Shown in pieces: positions 47,636 to 56,931 of a stretch of DNA of 64,000 nucleotides. The number at the start of each line of letters is the position of its first letter. Positions within the stretch are counted from its first letter, which is position 1. This stretch comes from Bacteroidota bacterium (GTDB lineage Bacteria > Bacteroidota > Ignavibacteria > Kapaibacteriales > HRBIN21). A program made the translations under genes and the position numbers. The stretch spans positions 177,766 to 241,765 of the forward strand of contig JAUQPR010000001.1 of NCBI GenBank assembly GCA_030550275.1, read 5' to 3'. The notes beneath the pieces were generated by a model, which was not told the DNA's origin, made no database searches, and saw nothing but the letters and a program-made list of their open reading frames with translations.

Positions 47636-48313
47636 TCACACGCGCTTTGCCAGCACGGCGTAGATGTACCCTGTTGCGGCGACGTCAACCGCTCCCAAGC
47701 CAGCGTACGCCAGGATTGCGTAGAGCACCCCAATGACGTCGGTAATCCCTGCACCTTCAGGCAAAATCTGCTGCAAGATCCACCACACGAGCAGGGCGGG
47801 GATAGCGTAGAGCAGATACACCGCCAGAAGCCCGAAGAGGATGGTCCACTTCTCCCCATGCGTTGCCTGCTCGCTGAGCCGAAGCGCTTCGGTCGGAGAT
47901 ACCCCCCGCTCCAGCAGCAGAATTGGCGCAAGGCACCAGGCGATGGACAGCACAATTCCCGGAATCACCAGGAAGAGTGCCGCAACGGTCACCCCCAGGA
48001 GCAGCAGCACCAGGCATACCATCCACGCGCCCATAATCTGGCGGTAGGAGCGGTCAAAGATAAAGGTCGGGTCAATGCGCTGGCGCCGACTCATAAGCAA
48101 GGGTGCGCCGGTCGAAACGGCGATCGTCGTGCCCACGTTGAGGTACGGGATCCAAATGGTCACCACCCACAGCAGGTACATCAGCAACAGACGCCAGTAC
48201 TGCCCAAAGCCCCATCGGAAGGCGTGCGAGAGGATGTCGCCGAAGTTGAGCACCTCCGGCACTCCCTCGCTCGGCTGCGGTTCGGGCTGCTGCAGAGGTT
48301 GCTGCTCGACCAT
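47636..48313 (-). CDS. Hypothetical integral membrane protein
   Basis: 4-5 TM helices (YWRLLLMYLLWVVTIWIPYL, MVCLVLLLLGVTVAALFLVIPGIVLSIAWCLAPILLL, ILFGLLAVYLLYAIPALLVWWIL). No family recognised. Confidence 0.5.
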   Translation of the reverse strand: MVEQQPLQQPEPQPSEGVPEVLNFGDILSHAFRWGFGQYWRLLLMYLLWVVTIWIPYLNVGTTIAVSTGAPLLMSRRQRIDPTFIFDRSYRQIMGAWMVCLVLLLLGVTVAALFLVIPGIVLSIAWCLAPILLLERGVSPTEALRLSEQATHGEKWTILFGLLAVYLLYAIPALLVWWILQQILPEGAGITDVIGVLYAILAYAGLGAVDVAATGYIYAVLAKRV

Positions 48314-48364
48314 GGCTCTCCACAAGAGCTGTGGTACATACCCTGGGGCAACTGCTGCCCCGTT

Positions 48365-49723
48365 TTACGGAACTATGCCAACGGGCTGCTGTGCCCGGAT
48401 GGTTCCGTCTGTGTACAAGATGTACAGCCCCGCCGCTACCGGCTGCGGGAGCCGCCAGAGGAGTTGTTGCCTCCCGCTTCCCGCACAGCTCCCCTCCCAC
48501 TGTGCGACCTCCCGTCCGAGCACGTCCACCAAGCGGAAGCGTAGCCCTCCACTGGCGGCACACTCCCACTGCAGCAGTAGCTCCCGTGGCGAGAGCGCTC
48601 GCACATGCAGCGGTGAGCTCGAGGGCGGCATCACCTCCACATGCGTTACAATTGGGCGGGAACGGTACAGCCCACCACCGGAGAGCCCAGCAAATGCCAC
48701 CACTCCCTCCCGAGTATCCCAGGCCGGAAGCGCCACCGTTCGCACCGCGATGCCCTCGGGAAGCCCATCGCGATGCAGCTCCCAGCCGGTGCCGTAGGAG
48801 CCGCTCACCCAGACTCCTGTGGTATCCCCAGCAGCGACCCAATAGCGCGGGTCCAGCGGATGCTCCGCCAGCGCGGTGATGCGCACTCCAGGAGCTCCCA
48901 CCAAGCGCCACGTTCGCCCACCGTCTTCGGAGCGGTAGATGCCGCGCCCTTCACTGCGCGTCTGCGAGAGCACCGTATCAGCGCCGCACAGCACCACGTT
49001 CGGGAAGAAGCGCGACGGCACCACGCACCACACCCGCAGATTCCCCAGCCCCAGCGAATCCTTCCGCCACGTACGCCCACCATCCTCGGAGCGCCAGCCA
49101 CCCCCGACGATATGCCCATCGGCAGCCAAGTAGAGCGTAGAGCTATCCGGCGACAGTGCCAGATCGCGCGCCTGCACAATGAAATCGCTGACCTCCTCGC
49201 AGGTTGCAAAGGTATCCTGCGACCGGCGCACCCCACGCGCAGTGTTGATCGCCGCTCCGAGGAATGGCATCTCCCAGCCGGGGCGAGCCTGCAAGCGAAC
49301 AAATTGCGCTCCCGCACACCGAGGCAACGCGGTCCACTCCCAGCTCAGCCCGCCATCGATGGAGCGCACAACGCCGCCGGTGGTGTACTCGATCACCGCC
49401 GCCAGCCACGTCCGCCCGTCGGGCGGAAGGCGCAGGATGTCTCGCACCGAAAAGCCCGCGAGGCGCGGTTCGGAGAAGCTTCGCCCGCTGTCGCGGCTGA
49501 CGACAAAGCCGTTCCCGCCGAAGAACTGGATGTTGCTGGCATAGGTCTCCAGAATCGGTGGCACGGAATCCGCACACACAATCACCGTTGCCGGCTCTTC
49601 GGGCGGGCAGAGAATGCGGTGCACGAACGGAGCTGTTCCCCCCACGGGTACCCACGTCTGAGCACTCAGCGCGCACGGCAACAGTACTGCTGCGCCAATC
49701 CCCTTCCACCCCCTCCAGGGCAT
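48365..49723 (-). CDS. Secreted BNR/Asp-box-repeat protein with a T9SS C-terminal sorting-domain-like tail
   Basis: Signal peptide; Asp-box repeats SxDxGxTW (SIDGGLSWEW, SEDGGRTWRK, SEDGGRTWRL); C-terminal tail (PRELLLQWECAASGGLRFRLVDVLGREVAQWEG...GLYILYTDGTIRAQQPVGIVP) resembles a Por-secretion sorting domain. Confidence 0.7.
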   Translation of the reverse strand: MPWRGWKGIGAAVLLPCALSAQTWVPVGGTAPFVHRILCPPEEPATVIVCADSVPPILETYASNIQFFGGNGFVVSRDSGRSFSEPRLAGFSVRDILRLPPDGRTWLAAVIEYTTGGVVRSIDGGLSWEWTALPRCAGAQFVRLQARPGWEMPFLGAAINTARGVRRSQDTFATCEEVSDFIVQARDLALSPDSSTLYLAADGHIVGGGWRSEDGGRTWRKDSLGLGNLRVWCVVPSRFFPNVVLCGADTVLSQTRSEGRGIYRSEDGGRTWRLVGAPGVRITALAEHPLDPRYWVAAGDTTGVWVSGSYGTGWELHRDGLPEGIAVRTVALPAWDTREGVVAFAGLSGGGLYRSRPIVTHVEVMPPSSSPLHVRALSPRELLLQWECAASGGLRFRLVDVLGREVAQWEGSCAGSGRQQLLWRLPQPVAAGLYILYTDGTIRAQQPVGIVP

Positions 49724-49776
49724 AGACTCCTCCCTCCGTTGTACCGTGCGCTGCAAAAATAGAAACCGCGCACCTC

Positions 49777-50685
49777 TTACGTTCCCTGCCCGGCGATGGC
49801 GCGGTCGAACTGCTCGTAGTCGGCGTAGCCAATCAGGGCGTAGAGCTCCGCTCTGCTCTGCATGCGCGGGAGATACTCCTGCGTCGAGCCGCTGCGCCGG
49901 AGGTGCTCGTAGAACTCCTGCATCGCACGGGCAGCAACCCGGAGCGCCGATACCGGGAAGAGCACCATTTCATAGCCTACGGCGAAGAGCTCCTCTGCCC
50001 TCAGCGGCGGAGTTTTGCCAAACTCGGTCAGATTTGCCAGCAGGGGTATCCCGGGAAGCGCCTGGCGGAAGGCGCGAAACTCCTCCAGCGAATGCAGCGC
50101 TTCCGGGAAGATGGCGTCAGCACCGGCGGCAACGTACTGCCGTGCCCGCTCGACTGCACCCTCCAGCCCTTCGATAGCGCGGGCATCCGTGCGGGCAATC
50201 AGGACCAACTGCGGCAGGAGCCGCTTGAGTGCCCGCACCTTCTGGACCATCGCCTCCGCCGGCAGCAGGCGCTTCCCCTCCAGATGCCCGCACCGCTTGG
50301 GCATCTCCTGGTCCTCCAACTGCACAGCAGCCACACCGGCGCGGACCAGCTCGCGTGCGGCTCGCACGGTGTTGAACAGCTCTCCAAAGCCGGTGTCAAT
50401 GTCTACCAACAAGGGGAGCTGCGTTGCAGCAACGATGGCAGCCGCTCGGCGGGCAACCTCCTCTGGCGTGAGCATCCCCACATCGGGCAAGCCCAGACTC
50501 GCCGAAAACGCAGCTCCCGAAAGGTAGAGCACCGAAAATCCCGCCTGCTTCGCCAGCAATCCCGCCAGTGGGTCATGCGCCCCAGGGATGACAAGCCCTC
50601 CGGCGCGCATTGCCGCACGGAAGCGCTCGGCAAGCTGTGCCTGCTCGGCGAAGGGTTCCAGAAGCCACGCCATTGCAATCCTCAC
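49777..50685 (-). CDS. prpB: 2-Methylisocitrate lyase (PEP mutase/isocitrate lyase superfamily)
   Basis: KRCGH catalytic motif (EDQEMPKRCGHLEGKRLL), DIDTGFG, ~300 aa as for PrpB. Co-directional with prpD and prpC. Confidence 0.85.
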   Translation of the reverse strand: MRIAMAWLLEPFAEQAQLAERFRAAMRAGGLVIPGAHDPLAGLLAKQAGFSVLYLSGAAFSASLGLPDVGMLTPEEVARRAAAIVAATQLPLLVDIDTGFGELFNTVRAARELVRAGVAAVQLEDQEMPKRCGHLEGKRLLPAEAMVQKVRALKRLLPQLVLIARTDARAIEGLEGAVERARQYVAAGADAIFPEALHSLEEFRAFRQALPGIPLLANLTEFGKTPPLRAEELFAVGYEMVLFPVSALRVAARAMQEFYEHLRRSGSTQEYLPRMQSRAELYALIGYADYEQFDRAIAGQGT

Positions 50686-52097
50686 GGAAGCGCCAACTCC
50701 TCCAGGAAGCGGTCAACCGGCAGCTCCGGCAAGCCCGCGTCTTCGGCAACCAGGCGGTAGATGCGTTCGGCTTTCCGCTCGGGGTAGACCCGCAGCAGCG
50801 CCGTCCGGAACTTCTCCCGCAGCAGGGGAAGCGCCTCTTGACGCCGCCGCCGATGCCCCAGCGGGAACTCCACTACGACGCGCTCACTCTGGGTGCCATC
50901 GCGGAAGAAGAGCTGCACCGCATTGGCGATGGAGCGCCGCTCCGGGTCCAGGTACGCACGGCTGAATTCGGGGTTCTCCACCACCTCCATCTTCGCGATG
51001 AGCTCAGGGATGCGCGGGTCGGAGGCGATAGGCTCCAGGTAGTGCTCGTAGCGCAGCTCGCCGTAGAGCAGCGCCACTGCCGTCATGTACTGCAGGGAAT
51101 GGTCGCGATCGGCGGGATTGCGGAAGGGTCCGGGCTTATCGATGATGCGCACGGCGGACTCTTGGGTCTCAATCCGAATGCGCTCAAGCTCGCCCAGCCG
51201 CTCGCGCACCAACGGGTGCAAGCGGAGAGCGGCTTCGACGGCGGTCTGCCCGTGAAATTCCGCCGGATATGCGACCTTGAAGAGCACATTCTCCATGACG
51301 TAGCTGCCCAGCGGGCGCTCCAGCCGGAGTGGTTCTCCGCCGAGCACCACCGCTTCAAATCCCCAGACGGGCGCCGTCGCCGCAGTGGGGTATCCGGGTT
51401 CGCCGCGCAATGCCAGGAGGGCAAACCAGAGCCCGCGGCTGGTGGCATCGGCAGCTGCCCAAGACTTCCGCGGTCCCGTGTTGGGGAAGTGCCGGTACGT
51501 CCGCAGCGGCGCACCGTCAATGAGCGCATTAGAGAGAGCGCTGAGCACCTCCTCGCGCCCTCCGCCCAGGAGCCACGTTGCCACCGCTGCCGATGCCAGC
51601 TTGACGAAGTGCACATGGTCGAACCCCCGGCGGTTGAGGCTCACCCCCAACGCCAACACGCCCTGGATCTCGTACGCCTTGATGGCAGCCGTCAACACAT
51701 CGGCAACGCGGTAGGGCGCCTCTCCCCAGCGCCGACGACGCCGGCTTGCGTACTCCGCCGCCGCAAGGATTGCCCCAAAGTTGTCCGACGGATGCCCCCA
51801 CTCCCGCGCAAGCCAGGTGTCGTTGTAATCCAACCAGCGGATGAGCGCCGTGATGGCGAATGCCCCGTGAAGGGGATCTGCCACGTACGGCGTTGCGGGC
51901 ACATGGACCCCATCGGGAACGGCAGCAGAGCAGATGGGCGGGAGCAGCTTCGTGCATTCGGGATGCTCCGTTGCCGCAGCCGCACACGCCAGGGAGTCCA
52001 TCAAAGCGATGCGCGCGGTCTGGTACGCCTCCTCGCTCTCAATGTGCGCGGAGAGAACGTAGTCGGCAATCTCCTGCAGGACCGGATCGTACGCCAT
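50682..52097 (-). CDS. prpD: 2-Methylcitrate dehydratase (MmgE/PrpD family)
   Basis: PrpD-family N-terminus MAYDPVLQEIADYVL...ARIALMDSLACAAAA; 471 aa. 4-nt overlaps on both flanks. Confidence 0.88.
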   Translation of the reverse strand: MAYDPVLQEIADYVLSAHIESEEAYQTARIALMDSLACAAAATEHPECTKLLPPICSAAVPDGVHVPATPYVADPLHGAFAITALIRWLDYNDTWLAREWGHPSDNFGAILAAAEYASRRRRRWGEAPYRVADVLTAAIKAYEIQGVLALGVSLNRRGFDHVHFVKLASAAVATWLLGGGREEVLSALSNALIDGAPLRTYRHFPNTGPRKSWAAADATSRGLWFALLALRGEPGYPTAATAPVWGFEAVVLGGEPLRLERPLGSYVMENVLFKVAYPAEFHGQTAVEAALRLHPLVRERLGELERIRIETQESAVRIIDKPGPFRNPADRDHSLQYMTAVALLYGELRYEHYLEPIASDPRIPELIAKMEVVENPEFSRAYLDPERRSIANAVQLFFRDGTQSERVVVEFPLGHRRRRQEALPLLREKFRTALLRVYPERKAERIYRLVAEDAGLPELPVDRFLEELALP

Positions 52098-52100
52098 CGC

Positions 52101-53243
52101 TTATGCCCCGACGCGAAGTCCACGAGGTCCGGTGTACACCACGCGCGGACGGTAGAGCCGATTCTGCGCATGCTGCTCGACGATGTGCGCCAGCAGCCCA
52201 GCCGAGCGGGCAGCAAAGAAGATCGGCGTGTACAGCTCGATGGGGATGTCCAGCAGGTAGTACACGGGAGCGGCGTAGTAGTCCAGGTTTGGGTACAGCC
52301 CCTTCTCCGCGTGCATCACGGCTTCGCCGCGCTCGCACATCTCCAGCAACTCCGCTCCAGTGCCCTTGGCTGCGACGAGCTCGCGCAGGGTCTCCTTGAG
52401 CAACTGCGCCCGCGGGTCCATCCGGCGCATGTAGACGCGATGCCCAAAGCCCATGATGCGCTCCTTGCGGGCGAGCTTCTCACGGATGAGCCGTTCCAAA
52501 GCATCGGCGCTACCCGCCTCCAGGAGCATGTACATCACCGCCTCGTTTGCACCGCCGTGCAGTGGTCCCTTCAGCGATGCCACTGCCGCGGTCAACGCGC
52601 CGTAGGCATCTGCCAGAGTGGAGGCAACCACGCGCGCGGCAAAGGTGGAGTTCGGCAGCTCGTGCTCGCTGTAGGCGATCAAGGCTTGGTCGAAGGCACG
52701 GACTTCGGCTGCCGAAACCTCGCGGGCAACGATGGTGTGCAGGAAGTTCTCTGCAAAGCTGCGCTGTGGGTCGAACGGTATGGGCGGCTGCCCGCCAGCA
52801 ATGCGGGTGAGGTTTGCCACGATTTGGGCAATCTGCCCGATGAGCCGAGGCGCTTTGCGGCGCTCCTCCTCTGGATCGGCACTGTTGGCGTTGGGATCGA
52901 ATCCCGCCAGCGCCGAAACCGCCGTCCGGAGCCGGTCCATTGCGTGCATGGCTGGCGGCAGTAGCGCAAGAATCTCGTAAACTCGCTGCGGGACCTCTGC
53001 CGTGCACAGCTCCCGTTCGAGCTGCTGGCGCCGCTGTGCATCGGGGAGCTGCTCATCCAGCAAGAGCCCTACGACGTCAACATAGCCGACCGTGCGGATG
53101 AGCTCCAGGAGGTTGTACCCGCGCACAACGATCTCCTCCTGCTCCGTGTCCAGAAAGGAGATGCGCGTCTCGGCTGCAATAACCCCCTCCAATCCGGGGC
53201 TGTAGGATGCAGACTGCATACGCACCGCCGTGAGAGGTTGCAC
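52101..53243 (-). CDS. prpC: 2-Methylcitrate synthase / short-type citrate synthase
   Basis: Citrate synthase family motifs (GFGHRVY, catalytic His/Asp regions); 380 aa is the short PrpC-type length; adjacent to prpD and prpB. Confidence 0.82.
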   Translation of the reverse strand: MQPLTAVRMQSASYSPGLEGVIAAETRISFLDTEQEEIVVRGYNLLELIRTVGYVDVVGLLLDEQLPDAQRRQQLERELCTAEVPQRVYEILALLPPAMHAMDRLRTAVSALAGFDPNANSADPEEERRKAPRLIGQIAQIVANLTRIAGGQPPIPFDPQRSFAENFLHTIVAREVSAAEVRAFDQALIAYSEHELPNSTFAARVVASTLADAYGALTAAVASLKGPLHGGANEAVMYMLLEAGSADALERLIREKLARKERIMGFGHRVYMRRMDPRAQLLKETLRELVAAKGTGAELLEMCERGEAVMHAEKGLYPNLDYYAAPVYYLLDIPIELYTPIFFAARSAGLLAHIVEQHAQNRLYRPRVVYTGPRGLRVGA

Positions 53244-53275
53244 ATTTGGACGGATGCAAAGCTACAAAACGCCGC

Positions 53276-54559
53276 TCAGTGCCCTTGGGAATCCGCCTCC
53301 GGCTCGATGAAGACATTGCGGTAGGCTTCCTCCGGCGGCGGATACGGGCGCGCGAGCACCTCTTCAACTGCCGCGCGGAGCTGCTCCCGGATCTGCTGGC
53401 GCAACTGCTCGATCTGCTGCGCCGTCAACACCCCGTGGCGTTGGAGCAACTGCTCGTAGCGCTGCAGCGGATCGCGCGCTTCCCAGTAGCGCCGGATCGG
53501 CTCAGGGACGTATCCAGCGTCATCATGCTCGGCATGCCCGCGGACACGGAAGGTGATGGTCTCCAGCAGCGTAGGACCCTCTCCGGCGCGGGCACGTTCG
53601 ACAGCGCGGCGGCAGGCATCGTAGACCAGCTCCACATCCGTTCCGTCCACGACCTCCCCGAAGCAGCCGTAGCCCAGGGCACGGTCGGCGAGGAATTCGC
53701 AGGCGTACTCCAGTTGGTTGGGCGTGGAGTAGGCGTACTGGTTGTTCTCGATGACGACCACCACGGGCAAGCGCTGGACAGCTGCGAAGTTGACCGCTTC
53801 GTGGAATTCGCCCGTCTGGGCACCACCATCGCCGATGTAGGTGAGCACGACCGTATCCTCGCCGCGCAGTCGTGCCGCCAGAGCGTAGCCCACAGCCACC
53901 GGCAGCATCGCCCCCAGATGCGAGATGTTGCCGTAGATGCGCCGCGCGGGATCGGCGTAGTGAACTGTGCCATCGGTGCCCCGGGTCAGGCTCCCCTGAC
54001 GGGCAAAGTGGGTTGCCAGCAGCGCCTTCAGGTCCTGTCCCCGCACAAAGTGGGCGCCAATATCGCGGTGCATCGGGAAGATGGGATCGGTGGGGCGCAG
54101 CGCATACGCCGTGCCAACGGCGGTGGCTTCGTTGCCGATCTGGGCAAACACCCCTCCGAAGACTCGCCCCTGCCGATAGAGGCGGATGAGCGCCAGGTCG
54201 AACTCCCGCGCCCAGATCATGCACTCCAGCAGGAAGCGGCGCTGAACATCCGACAGTGCAGGGCTTCTCCAGGGCTCCTTCACTGGGGCTTCCACATCCG
54301 GCTGCTGTGGGGAGGGGCGCCATCCCTGAGGCGGACGCTTCGGAATGCCCAGCACCGCATCGCGCAACGCCCGAGCCGCCTCCTGCGGAAAGGCGCGCAG
54401 AAGCCGCTCCACCGGAAGCATCCCTTCAGCAATCCAGCGCTCCAGTTCCTGTTCGGAGCTCCCCAATCGTGCAGCGAGCTCGGCGCGGGAACATCCGCAC
54501 TCGTTCTGCAATCGCTCCAGCAGTAGCTCCCACAGTTGTGCTGCGTGCATGGCTCTCAC
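53276..54559 (-). CDS. TPP-dependent 2-oxoacid dehydrogenase E1 alpha subunit with an N-terminal ~100-aa XRE-type HTH extension
   Basis: E1-alpha core from about aa 102 ([44 protein letters not shown]...[36 protein letters not shown]...[10 protein letters not shown]). The N-terminal region contains [24 protein letters not shown] (Cro/C1-like HTH). Start codon is 3 nt from the hslU stop. No E1-beta or E2 nearby. Confidence 0.8.
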   Translation of the reverse strand: MRAMHAAQLWELLLERLQNECGCSRAELAARLGSSEQELERWIAEGMLPVERLLRAFPQEAARALRDAVLGIPKRPPQGWRPSPQQPDVEAPVKEPWRSPALSDVQRRFLLECMIWAREFDLALIRLYRQGRVFGGVFAQIGNEATAVGTAYALRPTDPIFPMHRDIGAHFVRGQDLKALLATHFARQGSLTRGTDGTVHYADPARRIYGNISHLGAMLPVAVGYALAARLRGEDTVVLTYIGDGGAQTGEFHEAVNFAAVQRLPVVVVIENNQYAYSTPNQLEYACEFLADRALGYGCFGEVVDGTDVELVYDACRRAVERARAGEGPTLLETITFRVRGHAEHDDAGYVPEPIRRYWEARDPLQRYEQLLQRHGVLTAQQIEQLRQQIREQLRAAVEEVLARPYPPPEEAYRNVFIEPEADSQGH

Positions 54560-55947
54560 AGGATGTACTTGCTCACATCCACCTGGCGTACGATGGCGCT
54601 GAGCCGCCGGCGAACGTATTCGGCATCAATCCGGACATGGCGCTCCGGCAAGATATCCGGCGCTTGGAAGAGCAGCTCCTCCAGCAGCGTTGTCAGGATC
54701 GTGTGCAGCCGCCGTGCTCCGATATTGGCAATCTCCTCATTGACGCGCGCCGCCATTGCAGCAATCTCCCGAATGGCGTCCTCGGTGAACTCCAGCTCCA
54801 CGCCCTCGGTCGCCAGCAGCGCCTGATACTGCTTGATGAGCGCGTTCTCCGGCAGGGTCAAAATCCGCACGAAATCCTCCTCCGTCAGGCTGTGCAGCTC
54901 CACTCGAATGGGGAAGCGCCCCTGCAGCTCCGGGATGAGGTCTGAGGGCTTTGCAACATGGAATGCCCCCGAGGCGATGAAGAGGATGTGGTCCGTGCGG
55001 ACCGGACCGTACTTGGTCATCACCGTTGTGCCCTCCACGATGGGGAGCAGGTCGCGCTGGACCCCCTCGCGCGAGACATCCGGTCCGACGTGGGTCCCGC
55101 CCGTGGAGGCGATTTTGTCGATCTCGTCGATGAAGACGATGCCGAGATTCTCGGCGCGGAAGATCGCTTCGCGCACGACGCTATCCATGTCAATGAGCTT
55201 ATCGGCTTCCTCCTGCTCCAGGAGCGCGCGGGCTTCGGCAACGGTCATCTTGCGCTTCTTGTAGCGCTTGGGGGCAAACTGTGCGAGCATCTCCTGGAGC
55301 ATATTCAGCTCGCCAGGTGCCATCGGACCGAACATCTGCTGCAGGAAGGGCACGCTGTCCTTGACGTCCAGCTCGATCACGCGGTCCTCCAGCTTGCCCT
55401 CCTGGAGGAGGCGCTGCATGTGCTCCCGTGCCCGCTGCTGCTCCTCCACCGCCTCTGGGCTGAGCGCTTCGAATGCCAATCCAGGATGGCGCATCGGGGG
55501 AACCAGGATGTCCAACAGCCGTTGCTCGGCAGCCTTGCGGGCTTGGCGGCGCACCTGCTCGATCTTCTCGGCGCGCACCATCGCAACGGCAACGTCTACA
55601 AGGTCGCGGATCATGGACTCAACATCGCGCCCGACGTAGCCGACCTCAGTGAACTTGGTCGCCTCCACCTTGACAAAGGGAGCGTGAGCAAGCTTTGCCA
55701 GGCGGCGCGCGATCTCGGTTTTGCCCACACCGGTTGGACCGATGAGGATGATGTTGTTGGGCATAATCTCCTCGCGCAGGCTGCCCTGAACCCGCTGGCG
55801 ACGCCAGCGGTTGCGCAAGGCGATGGCAACAGCGCGCTTGGCTTCGTGCTGTCCGATGATGTACTTGTCCAGCTCCTGCACAATCTGCTGCGGTGTGAGC
55901 TCCTGTATCCGCCGGAGCAGCTCCTCGCTTGCCTCGGTGTGCTGCAT
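54556..55947 (-). CDS. hslU: ATP-dependent protease ATPase subunit HslU
   Basis: [26 protein letters not shown], Walker [29 protein letters not shown] (Walker B), sensor motifs. 463 aa. Confidence 0.95.
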   Translation of the reverse strand: MQHTEASEELLRRIQELTPQQIVQELDKYIIGQHEAKRAVAIALRNRWRRQRVQGSLREEIMPNNIILIGPTGVGKTEIARRLAKLAHAPFVKVEATKFTEVGYVGRDVESMIRDLVDVAVAMVRAEKIEQVRRQARKAAEQRLLDILVPPMRHPGLAFEALSPEAVEEQQRAREHMQRLLQEGKLEDRVIELDVKDSVPFLQQMFGPMAPGELNMLQEMLAQFAPKRYKKRKMTVAEARALLEQEEADKLIDMDSVVREAIFRAENLGIVFIDEIDKIASTGGTHVGPDVSREGVQRDLLPIVEGTTVMTKYGPVRTDHILFIASGAFHVAKPSDLIPELQGRFPIRVELHSLTEEDFVRILTLPENALIKQYQALLATEGVELEFTEDAIREIAAMAARVNEEIANIGARRLHTILTTLLEELLFQAPDILPERHVRIDAEYVRRRLSAIVRQVDVSKYIL

Positions 55948-55950
55948 GGC

Positions 55951-56499
55951 TCAGAGCTCCTCGATTGTGAACGCGTCGTTGGTGTAGATGCAAATGCCAC
56001 TGGCGATGCGCAGGGACTCCTCAACGATCTCGCGCGCCGAGAGCTCCGTATGGCGCATCAGCGCCCGCGCTGCCGCCAGGGCAAATCCGCCTCCGGAGCC
56101 AATCGCGATGACCTGGTCATCGGGCTCGACTACCTCGCCCGTCCCGCTGACAAGCAGCACCTGCGAGGTATTCATCACAATGAGCATCGCCTCCAGGTGG
56201 CGGAGGTAGCGGTCGGTACGCCACTCCTTTGCCAACTCAATTGCAGCCCGAAGCAGGTGTCCACGAGTGCTCTCCAGCTTCTCCTCGAAGCGCCCGAGCA
56301 GGGTCATCGCATCCGCAACACTGCCGGCAAACCCCGCCAGGATGCTCTCATTGTACAGCCGCCGTACCTTGCGCGCATGCTGCTTGAGCACGGTGTTGTT
56401 GAAGGTCACCTGCCCATCCGCTCCTAATGCAGCTCTGCCGTTGCGGATGACCCCGATGACCGTTGTACTGTGGAACTCGCACGCCTTTGCGTCCGACAC
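55951..56499 (-). CDS. hslV: ATP-dependent protease subunit HslV (start codon uncertain)
   Basis: [22 protein letters not shown]...[24 protein letters not shown]...[17 protein letters not shown]...[12 protein letters not shown] aligns end to end with E. coli HslV. There is no ATG directly before the catalytic Thr-Thr; the nearest in-frame start is GTG at 56497-56499 (11-aa leader). The track ORF reads through upstream to 57801 as an artifact. Confidence 0.85.
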   Translation of the reverse strand: MSDAKACEFHSTTVIGVIRNGRAALGADGQVTFNNTVLKQHARKVRRLYNESILAGFAGSVADAMTLLGRFEEKLESTRGHLLRAAIELAKEWRTDRYLRHLEAMLIVMNTSQVLLVSGTGEVVEPDDQVIAIGSGGGFALAAARALMRHTELSAREIVEESLRIASGICIYTNDAFTIEEL

Positions 56500-56931
56500 T
56501 CCCGAATGCAGAGATGGAGCAACGCCACTCCCAGCGCTCCAGAGAGCATGGCTGCCAGCAGTGGGAGGCTGCCCATGGTGGGATCGTATTCGAGCAGATG
56601 CCATCCCCAACGTCCCCATACGATGAGACTTCCCAGGCATGTCAGCACAGCGGCGACGAGCGCGGCGCGCGGGAACCTTCCCCACAACCGCCGTAGCACC
56701 AAGAGCTGCACGGAGATGAAACCCGTGCCCAGCCCCATCCGGTAGCGCGGATGCCCCTCCAGCAGCAATGCCGCCACAGCTCCCAGCAGCGCCAACGCAA
56801 TCGCTCCACCGAGCAGGAGGCGAGCCGCCATTGCCCCTGTTTCCGCCGTTGCGGCTCATAAGACGGCAAGGCAGCGAGCTTAGCGCTATTATTTTTGCCC
56901 GAAGCGGTGTGCACACCAGTTGGCACCCAGG

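Noticed and set aside
50610-52964. 784-aa plus-strand ORF antisense to prpD/prpC
   Set aside because: Antisense to confidently identified methylcitrate-cycle genes; no recognisable domains.
56424-56831. 135-aa minus-strand ORF ([24 protein letters not shown]..., 2-3 TM helices) between the TolB-like lipoprotein gene and hslV
   Set aside because: It overlaps the hslV 5' end by ~75 nt in another frame and I could verify neither a start context nor conservation. It may be a real small membrane protein, but the evidence is insufficient, so it is left uncalled.
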